From positions 64,001 to 128,000 of the forward strand of contig JBJDXJ010000038.1 in NCBI GenBank assembly GCA_051866635.1: a DNA stretch of 64,000 bases, written 5' to 3'. Of this stretch, positions 56,872-64,000 are shown one piece after another. How positions within the stretch are numbered: the first letter of the stretch is position 1; each line of letters starts with the position of its first letter. This stretch comes from Clostridia bacterium. GTDB lineage: Bacteria > Bacillota > Clostridia > UMGS1883. Below the pieces are notes generated by a model. It was not told the DNA's origin and searched no databases. It was given only the letters and a program-made list of their open reading frames with translations. The translations under genes were made by a program, and so were the position numbers.

Positions 56872-57732
56872 ATGAAATTTCTTATTATAACAGGTATATC
56901 AGGTGCAGGTAAAACACATGTGTTGCACTTTTTGGAGGATATGGGTTATTACTGTATTGACAATATGCCCGTGCTTTTCTTATCCGCATTTGCACAGGCT
57001 TGTGCCGAAGGAAAGATAAAGGCTGAAAACATAGCAGTTGTTACCGATATACGTGGCGGTGAGATGTTCGCAAATATCGAAGAAGAGCTTGCAAAAATAT
57101 CAAAAGACACATGCCCTTATGAAATAGTGTTCCTTGAAGCTGACGACCCGTCACTTGTCCGTCGTTATAAGGAAACAAGAAGAGCACATCCCTTAGCACC
57201 TAACGGCCGTGTTGAAGAAGGCATTACAAAGGAAAAGGAGCTTTTGGCAAATATACGCAAAAAAGCTGACCATATTATAAATACCTCAAACCTTTTAACC
57301 CGTGAGCTTTGCGAATTGGTACGTAGCGAGTTCGGAAGCGAAAAAACAAAAAACGGATTTTTTTCCGTAAATGTTATGTCCTTTGGCTTTAAGTACGGAA
57401 TTCCAAGCAGTACCGACCTTGTGATGGATGTAAGGTTTTTGCCTAATCCCTATTATGTGGAAAACATGCGTTACAGAACAGGACTTGAAGAAGATATATA
57501 TAAGTACGTTACAGAAAATGAGCAGTGTGACGAATTTCTGAAAAAGTATACGGATATGATTTTGTATCTTATACCCCTTTATATCCGTGACGGCAGACGG
57601 CAGATAACTATTTCCATCGGCTGTACAGGCGGAAAGCACAGAAGCGTTGCAATAACAGAGGCACTTGCAAATATATTTATTAAAAACGGAATAAGGGCGA
57701 AAAGCTCTCACCGTGATATTGAAAGAAAGTAA
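56872..57732 (+). CDS. rapZ: RapZ/YvcJ P-loop protein
   Basis: TGISGAGKT, RRYKETRR.HPL, SFGFKYG, DVRFLPNP, GCTGGKHRSV. Confidence 0.94.
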   Translation: MKFLIITGISGAGKTHVLHFLEDMGYYCIDNMPVLFLSAFAQACAEGKIKAENIAVVTDIRGGEMFANIEEELAKISKDTCPYEIVFLEADDPSLVRRYKETRRAHPLAPNGRVEEGITKEKELLANIRKKADHIINTSNLLTRELCELVRSEFGSEKTKNGFFSVNVMSFGFKYGIPSSTDLVMDVRFLPNPYYVENMRYRTGLEEDIYKYVTENEQCDEFLKKYTDMILYLIPLYIRDGRRQITISIGCTGGKHRSVAITEALANIFIKNGIRAKSSHRDIERK

Positions 57733-57737
57733 AGATC

Positions 57738-58619
57738 ATGACTTTTCTTGAAGAAGTAAAAGAAGAACTTAATAATATACGTGTTAAAAAAACTTGTTGT
57801 ATGGCATCGGAAATAAGGGCAATACTTATGTTCGGCGGTGTGTGCTATGATGGCAACGTAATCTTTGGTACAGAGGATTTTGCCCTTGCAAAAAAATTCA
57901 GCAGTTATCTTTCAAAAACATGCAAAATTAATTATCCCGACCGATTGGATGAAAATGCGGAAAGCTATAAGTTTTTAATACCGGATGAAATTTTGGGAGA
58001 ATTGGAACTTGATGCCTACATAACAATTGACGAGGCTATCGATATTGAAAAGGAATTGTGCTGTATGCACGCCTTTGTCCGTGGTGCATTTTTGGCATCT
58101 GGCAGTGTTTCAAACCCTGAAAAAGCATATAGGATGGAAATTTTTTCGGAAAACGAGCGTATTGTGGACAAGGTTTATAACATCCTTATAACAATGGGTG
58201 TAGGCGTTAAGAAAACAAAAAGAAAAAACCTTTATGTTGTGTATGCAAATACAAGCGAGTCTGTTCAGGATATGTTAAAGGTAACAGAGGCTCCAAATGC
58301 GGTGTTTACCGTTTTGGAAGCAAAGGTTGTGAAAAACAAGCGTAACAATACAAACCGTGTTATAAACTGCGATATGGCAAATGCGGACAGAGCAAGCGAA
58401 AACAGTTGCCGTGAAACACAGGCTATAAAGCTTATTGAAAAAACAATAGGGCTTGACAGCTTAAAACCCAAGCTGAAGGAAGCGGCACTTTTACGCCTTG
58501 AAAATGAAGGTGCCTCCATAAACGAGCTTGCAAAGCTGTGTGACCCGCCATTATCTAAAAGCACAATGAATAACCGCTTGAATAAATTAGTCCTTATTGC
58601 AAAGGAATTAGGTGATTGA
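57738..58619 (+). CDS. whiA: DNA-binding protein WhiA
   Basis: RGAFLASGSVSNPEK.Y, RNNTNRVINCD.AN, C-terminal HTH; position after rapZ. Confidence 0.9.
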   Translation: MTFLEEVKEELNNIRVKKTCCMASEIRAILMFGGVCYDGNVIFGTEDFALAKKFSSYLSKTCKINYPDRLDENAESYKFLIPDEILGELELDAYITIDEAIDIEKELCCMHAFVRGAFLASGSVSNPEKAYRMEIFSENERIVDKVYNILITMGVGVKKTKRKNLYVVYANTSESVQDMLKVTEAPNAVFTVLEAKVVKNKRNNTNRVINCDMANADRASENSCRETQAIKLIEKTIGLDSLKPKLKEAALLRLENEGASINELAKLCDPPLSKSTMNNRLNKLVLIAKELGD

Positions 58620-58621
58620 AA

Positions 58622-61600
58622 ATGTTTACACATTTACATGTACATAGCGAATACAGCCTTTTAGACGGTGCCTCAAGGATTGAGGATTTGCCTAAAAGGG
58701 CAAAGGAATTGGGGCAAAGTGCAATTGCTCTCACAGACCACGGTGTCATGTACGGTGCCGTGGATTTCTATAAGGCGTGCAAAAAAGAAGGGATTAAGCC
58801 CATAATAGGCTGTGAGGTGTATGTGGCACCAAGACGCCTTACGGACAAATCCACCAAAGAGGATGCGGAAAATTTCCACCTTGTCCTTTTGGCTAAAAAC
58901 AAAAAGGGCTACGAAAACATATGTAAAATAGTCTCCAAAGCGGCAGTGGAGGGCTTTTACTACCGTCCAAGAACCGATATGGAGGAATTAAGAAAACATT
59001 CCGAGGGCATTATCGCCCTGTCAGCCTGCCTTGCAGGCTTAGTGCCTTCACGGCTTCTTGAAAACGACTACCAGGGCGCAAAAAAAGCCTTGGAGGAATA
59101 TAGGGAAATATTTGATGACTTTTATCTTGAAATTCAGGACCATAATATCGAAGAACAAAGGCGTATTATGCCCCTCCTCTTAAAATTAAGTGAAGAAACA
59201 AATACGCCATTGGTTGCAACAAACGACGTCCATTATATAAAAAGGGAAGACGCCGCATATCAGGATGTTTTGTTATGCATACAGACCGGTAAAAACCTTT
59301 CCGACGAAAACCGTATGCGGTTTTCAACGGACGAGTTTTACTTAAAAAGTGAAGATGAAATGCGTGAAAAATTTAAGTTTGCCCCTTCTGCCTGTGATAA
59401 CACAAATGTTATCAGTGACATGTGCGAATTTGAATTTGAATTTCATCAGAAATTACTTCCCCAGTTCCCTGTACCCGAAGGCTTTACAAAGGTTAGCTAT
59501 CTGGAAAAGCTGTGCAAAGAAGGACTTTGTAAAAGGTACGGCGAAAAGGTTACGGATGAGCACAAAAAAAGGCTTGAATATGAGCTTAGTGTTATAAACT
59601 CCATGGGCTTCACCGACTACTTTTTAATTGTGTCCGACTTTGTGGGCTATGCAAAAAGAAACGGCATTTACGTGGGCCCCGGCAGAGGCAGTGCGGCAGG
59701 AAGTGTTGTATCATATGTTCTTGAAATTACAGACATTGACCCCATAAAGCACAACCTCCTTTTTGAAAGGTTCTTAAACCCCGAACGTGTTTCAATGCCC
59801 GATATTGATATTGACTTCTGTATTGAACGAAGGGGAGAAGTTATTGACTACGTTGTGAATAAGTACGGCAAGGACAATGTTTGTCAGATTATTACCTTTG
59901 GCACAATGAAGGCAAAAGGTGCAATCCGTGATGCAGGCAGGGTTATGGGTATGCCATATGCCGAGGTGGATGCAGTGGCAAAGATGGTGCCGAAAACCTT
60001 GAACGTAACTATAAAAGAGTCGCTTCAAACTCCCAAACTTAAAGAGGCTTACGAGGAGGACGAAAGGGTAAAGAAACTTATTGACACCGCTATGAGCATA
60101 GAAAATCTGCCTAAGAGTAGCGGTACTCATGCGGCAGGGGTTGTTATCTGCGGTGACAGGCTTGACAATCATATTCCCCTTTCTAAAAATGAAGATGTTG
60201 TTGTAACACAGTACACAAAAGATACTGTTGAGGAATTAGGTCTTTTAAAGATGGACTTTTTAGGTCTTAAAAACTTGACAATCATCCGTAACTGTATCGA
60301 AATTGCAAAGGCAAACGGCGAAAATATTGACCTTCAGAATATCCCCTATGATGCACCTGAGGTCTATAATATGATTTCAAAAGGTGAAACAGAAGGTGTG
60401 TTCCAGCTTGAAAGTGAAGGCATGACAAACTTCATGCGTAAGCTGGAGCCGGGCTGTCTTGACGACATAACGGCAGGTATTGCCCTTTACCGTCCCGGTC
60501 CTATGGACTTTATCCCCCAGTATATACGAAATAAGAAAAACCCCGATTTAATCACATATAAGCATCCTCTTTTAAGTGATATATTGGACGAAACATATGG
60601 CTGTATTGTATATCAGGAACAGGTTATGGAAATTGTACGAAGCTTAGGGGGATTTTCCTTAGGCAGAAGCGATGAAGTGCGTCGTGCCATGAGTAAGAAA
60701 AAGGAAAAGGAAATGGTAAAGGCACGTGAAGCCTTTATCCACGGTGAAAAGGACGAAAATGGCATTGTGACAGTGCCGGGATGTATTGCAAAGGGTATTG
60801 ACGAAAAAACAGCCAGCAGTATATTTGACGATATGGATGCATTTGCAAAGTATGCCTTCAACAAATCCCATGCGGCGGCATACGCCTATGTGGCATACCA
60901 GACTGCATATCTTAAGTGCTTTTATCCCATTTACTTTATGGCGGCACTTATTACAGGCTTTATGGATGAAAGCGTAAAGGTGGCATTATATGTTGAAAAG
61001 TGTCGTAAGATGGGCATTGACATACTTCCCCCTGACATTAACAAAAGCTACAGTTCATTTAGTGTTGAGGGGCAGAATATTCGCTTTGGCATCGGAAGCG
61101 TAAAAAATGTGGGTATCACTTTTATGGATAAGGTTGTATCGGAGCGTGAAGAAAACGGTCCATTTACATCTTTTACGGACTTTGCAAAGAGAATGTGTGG
61201 TAAGGATATAAATAAGCGTGCTGTGGAAGGTATTATCAGGGTGGGGGCATTTGACAAAATAGTACCCGAGCGTAATAAACTTTTAGCGGCATATGAAGAT
61301 ATAATAGCCTCTGCAATGAGCGAAAAGAAGCAGAACATTGAAGGGCAGATGAACCTTTTCGGCACTATTGTAGGTCATGAGGAGGATACAAAAGATGATT
61401 TGCCGCCTGCACCGCCGCTTCCTAAAAATATGATTCTTGAAATGGAAAAGGAATGGGGAGGGATGTATTTTTCAGGTCATCCCTTAGACGATTACCGTGG
61501 TATTGCAGATAGTGATATATACGACCCCATTGGTGAAATTATGCTCGCAGGGGACGAGGAGAGTAAGTATTACGACAAGCAGGAGGTTGTTTTGGCAGGC

Positions 61601-62062
61601 ATTGTTACATCACGCCGTGACAAACTTACAAAAAACAACACCATGATGAGCTTTGCTGTTTTAGAAGATTTCACCGGCAGTATGGAAATTGTAATTTTCC
61701 CCAAGGTTCTTTCAAAGGTTGACAGTATTATTAAGGAAGGTGAAATTCTCACCCTGTCAGGCAGACTTGACATACGTGAAGATACTCCTTCCAAGCTGAT
61801 ACTTGATACTGCCGCACCGCTGGAAAAGAAAGCGATAGATAATGGCACTAAAAAAACATTGGTTATAAACTTAAATGACGGTGATGAAAAGCATTTTGAT
61901 AAATTAAGAAAAATTATCCTTTCAAAAAAAGGCAAGGATAGTGTTATCTTAAAATTCCCCGAAAGAGAAATAAAAGCACATGAGTCAATTAAGACAAAGG
62001 GTGAAGAAACATTAAAACTTGTAGATGCCTTTTTCGGTGAAAAACGTTGCGAAATTGAATAA
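58622..62062 (+). CDS. dnaE: DNA polymerase III alpha subunit
   Basis: HLHVHSEYSLLDG, GPGRGSAAGS, PDIDIDF, KMDFLGL, YAFNKSHA; no intein evident; alternative start at TTG 58616. Confidence 0.97.
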   Translation: MFTHLHVHSEYSLLDGASRIEDLPKRAKELGQSAIALTDHGVMYGAVDFYKACKKEGIKPIIGCEVYVAPRRLTDKSTKEDAENFHLVLLAKNKKGYENICKIVSKAAVEGFYYRPRTDMEELRKHSEGIIALSACLAGLVPSRLLENDYQGAKKALEEYREIFDDFYLEIQDHNIEEQRRIMPLLLKLSEETNTPLVATNDVHYIKREDAAYQDVLLCIQTGKNLSDENRMRFSTDEFYLKSEDEMREKFKFAPSACDNTNVISDMCEFEFEFHQKLLPQFPVPEGFTKVSYLEKLCKEGLCKRYGEKVTDEHKKRLEYELSVINSMGFTDYFLIVSDFVGYAKRNGIYVGPGRGSAAGSVVSYVLEITDIDPIKHNLLFERFLNPERVSMPDIDIDFCIERRGEVIDYVVNKYGKDNVCQIITFGTMKAKGAIRDAGRVMGMPYAEVDAVAKMVPKTLNVTIKESLQTPKLKEAYEEDERVKKLIDTAMSIENLPKSSGTHAAGVVICGDRLDNHIPLSKNEDVVVTQYTKDTVEELGLLKMDFLGLKNLTIIRNCIEIAKANGENIDLQNIPYDAPEVYNMISKGETEGVFQLESEGMTNFMRKLEPGCLDDITAGIALYRPGPMDFIPQYIRNKKNPDLITYKHPLLSDILDETYGCIVYQEQVMEIVRSLGGFSLGRSDEVRRAMSKKKEKEMVKAREAFIHGEKDENGIVTVPGCIAKGIDEKTASSIFDDMDAFAKYAFNKSHAAAYAYVAYQTAYLKCFYPIYFMAALITGFMDESVKVALYVEKCRKMGIDILPPDINKSYSSFSVEGQNIRFGIGSVKNVGITFMDKVVSEREENGPFTSFTDFAKRMCGKDINKRAVEGIIRVGAFDKIVPERNKLLAAYEDIIASAMSEKKQNIEGQMNLFGTIVGHEEDTKDDLPPAPPLPKNMILEMEKEWGGMYFSGHPLDDYRGIADSDIYDPIGEIMLAGDEESKYYDKQEVVLAGIVTSRRDKLTKNNTMMSFAVLEDFTGSMEIVIFPKVLSKVDSIIKEGEILTLSGRLDIREDTPSKLILDTAAPLEKKAIDNGTKKTLVINLNDGDEKHFDKLRKIILSKKGKDSVILKFPEREIKAHESIKTKGEETLKLVDAFFGEKRCEIE

Positions 62063-62063
62063 T

Positions 62064-62114
62064 TAAAAAGTGCGATTTTGAAAGCTGATAAAGCAGACAA
62101 AATTGCACTTTTTA
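62064..62114. terminator. Bidirectional terminator between convergent genes
   Basis: taaaaagtgcgattttg ... caaaattgcacttttta. Confidence 0.75.
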
Positions 62115-62129
62115 GTTATGTAAAAATGG

Positions 62130-64000
62130 CTATTTTGTTATGGTTACGGTTTTTGCTTTTAAATCGGTTTGCACCGAAACACCGGAAACATATTCCATAA
62201 CGGCGGAAATTTCAGCAATAAGCTCCCCTGATTGGACAAAGAATTCTGCATTTGTAAGGTTTGTTTCATCACCTATGGAAATTGTTGTTTCGCCTTCCGT
62301 AAGGCTTGCACCGCTATCCATGATGGTAAGCTTTACTTTGCCTTGGGTTTCATATGTGTATTGAGCACCCAATGCATCAAGTACGGGACGTACTTCGCAA
62401 AGAACACCTGTTGCCGTGTCGGGTTTGTAAGGCTTCGTGGTAAACTTAACTTCTTCTCCGTTTACAATAACCTTAAAGGTATCCTTCATATCTACCTTTA
62501 TAAGTTGCCATTTCTGGTTAACGGCGCTAAGGGTATTGTCAGGTTTATTTTGAATTACTTTACCCTCCGAAATTTCCATAGAAAGGTTAGAACTTTTTGA
62601 AATTAAACGTACATAGCCGTTTTCTTCACTTTGAATTATCCATTTCTGGTTATCACCGCCGTTTGGTCCGTATACGATAAGTGCAGTTTTTGGTTCCTTG
62701 CTTCGTGCAGGCACATCAATTGCAAGAAGGGTTTTACCATGCTTTATTGTATATGCTTCACCGCCAACATTTTCGAAGGTCCAGATAAGGCTTTCATCAT
62801 TTTCGTCAAAGTCTGTAAGCGTTAATGCACCATCTGTAACTGTAAGTGCTTTGTTTGTTCCTACGTTTTTAATAATGTATTTAACAGTGTTATCTTCGTA
62901 ACTTGGAATACGTGTCTTTTTAATGTTCTTTAAAACAAGGCGGTTAAAGAGGGTATCTTCACGTTCAATTTTAAATGTGTTGACCTTTTCTGCCCTTTGA
63001 GGAAGCTCTGTCATTCCGTTAATTAATGAAAACTCTGTCATGGAAAGTGTAACGGAAGCACTTTCTAAGCCTTGTGCAGTTGCAGTTAATGTAAAGCTAT
63101 TACCCCGTGGTACACTTTGTACAAATACACGGTTCACACCGTTTTCCGCATAGCAGTAGTCTTTATGTATAACACTTGTTTCGTCAAATGTACCTGAGTT
63201 GTAGCCGCCTAAGAATACACCGTCGCCTTCTAATGTGAAGTCAATTCTGTCATATGCCAAGGGGCATACGTTTCCGTCCTCATCCACAATTTCAACATCA
63301 AAGTAACAAACATCGCTGCCATCGGCAATTAATCCGTCAGGTCCCGTATATGGGGTAAGGCGGATGCTTTTTACCTCGCCTGCGGTAACAATTTTGTCCT
63401 TTGCAATTACATCACCGTCACTGTTGTAACCGATAGCTGAAATGTAACCAGACTGCGTAACGTCAATATGCGGGAATTCGTAAACGTAGTTATCATATGG
63501 TGCATCGTTTGTGCCTACCAATCCGCCGTTTACGTACAGCTCAATTTTATCTATCATTTCACTGCCGAAAACGTAAACTGTTTTATCTGTGGGGTCACGA
63601 CGGTCTGTGTTATCAGTTACCTCCCAATATGTGCCATTCCATTCCTTGGTATGGTAGTTATAGTTTTCTTCGCTGTTTTCAGGGTAGTTCCAATGACCTA
63701 CTATGTGAACCATTGCCGTGTCAGACTGCATAACCTGCATTGCGTAAAACACGGGTTTTTTAATTCTTACAGGGTCAACCTTACCTGATGTACGGCAGTT
63801 TTCACTGCCCGCATTTCTTCCGTGCATGTTAGAGTCGCTCCACACCATAATGGCGGCACCTGAATAATAATCCTTACCTGTCAAGCCCCCAACACGGTTA
63901 TTGTAGAAATATGAATAGCCGTCATAGCTTGATGCCTGATAAACGGAAAACTCCTCCTGTGTCTGGTCCCATACATCATAGCCATCGGTTTTCTTGGCAC
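62130..64000 (-). CDS. 3' part of a GH2-family glycoside hydrolase (DUF4982-like and Ig domains, ricin-B/CBM13 lectin, amine-oxidase-N-like tail), partial
   Basis: Frame stays open to the window edge; SGKVDPVRIKK, HIVGHWNY, ADGSD..DVEIVD, NGGDNQKW/NQKW QxW repeats. Confidence 0.75.
   Translation of the reverse strand, partial: AKKTDGYDVWDQTQEEFSVYQASSYDGYSYFYNNRVGGLTGKDYYSGAAIMVWSDSNMHGRNAGSENCRTSGKVDPVRIKKPVFYAMQVMQSDTAMVHIVGHWNYPENSEENYNYHTKEWNGTYWEVTDNTDRRDPTDKTVYVFGSEMIDKIELYVNGGLVGTNDAPYDNYVYEFPHIDVTQSGYISAIGYNSDGDVIAKDKIVTAGEVKSIRLTPYTGPDGLIADGSDVCYFDVEIVDEDGNVCPLAYDRIDFTLEGDGVFLGGYNSGTFDETSVIHKDYCYAENGVNRVFVQSVPRGNSFTLTATAQGLESASVTLSMTEFSLINGMTELPQRAEKVNTFKIEREDTLFNRLVLKNIKKTRIPSYEDNTVKYIIKNVGTNKALTVTDGALTLTDFDENDESLIWTFENVGGEAYTIKHGKTLLAIDVPARSKEPKTALIVYGPNGGDNQKWIIQSEENGYVRLISKSSNLSMEISEGKVIQNKPDNTLSAVNQKWQLIKVDMKDTFKVIVNGEEVKFTTKPYKPDTATGVLCEVRPVLDALGAQYTYETQGKVKLTIMDSGASLTEGETTISIGDETNLTNAEFFVQSGELIAEISAVMEYVSGVSVQTDLKAKTVTITK

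Overview
Chromosomal window from a low-GC Firmicute (Clostridia-like; taxonomy is inferred from gene content). Left: pantothenate genes (DUF2520/PanG-like tail, panB-panC-panD), two aldo-keto reductases, a large secreted LamG/Ig/GH105-type hydrolase, a HAD hydrolase and a stand-alone GH105-type paralogue. Centre (about 11.4-34 kb): an accessory cell-surface island. A 283-aa tyrosine recombinase is followed by a ~250-bp segment carrying a near-consensus sigma-A promoter. That segment is bracketed by two Xer/dif-like sites with identical arms and mutually inverted 6-bp spacers, which predicts an invertible ON/OFF switch, here in the ON orientation. It faces a 2565-aa Ig-repeat protein and four SLH-anchored proteins (Ig/Fn3, CAP, LRR, vWA); a 1974-aa BspA-LRR protein follows with its own promoter. 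The giant protein has no anchor and seems to stop one beta-strand short of its last repeat, while the next SLH protein starts with a matching strand, so strand-complementation anchoring is hypothesised. Right: a truncated four-helix-bundle gene with a structured flank, an orphan binding protein, an MsmX-type ATPase, an RsuA-family synthase, a LysM protein, hydG, a HipBA-type TA module, a long housekeeping run (pyrH to dnaE) and the 3' part of a GH2-type gene. No rRNA, tRNA or CRISPR array was seen. All calls come from motif reading by eye; no searches were run.
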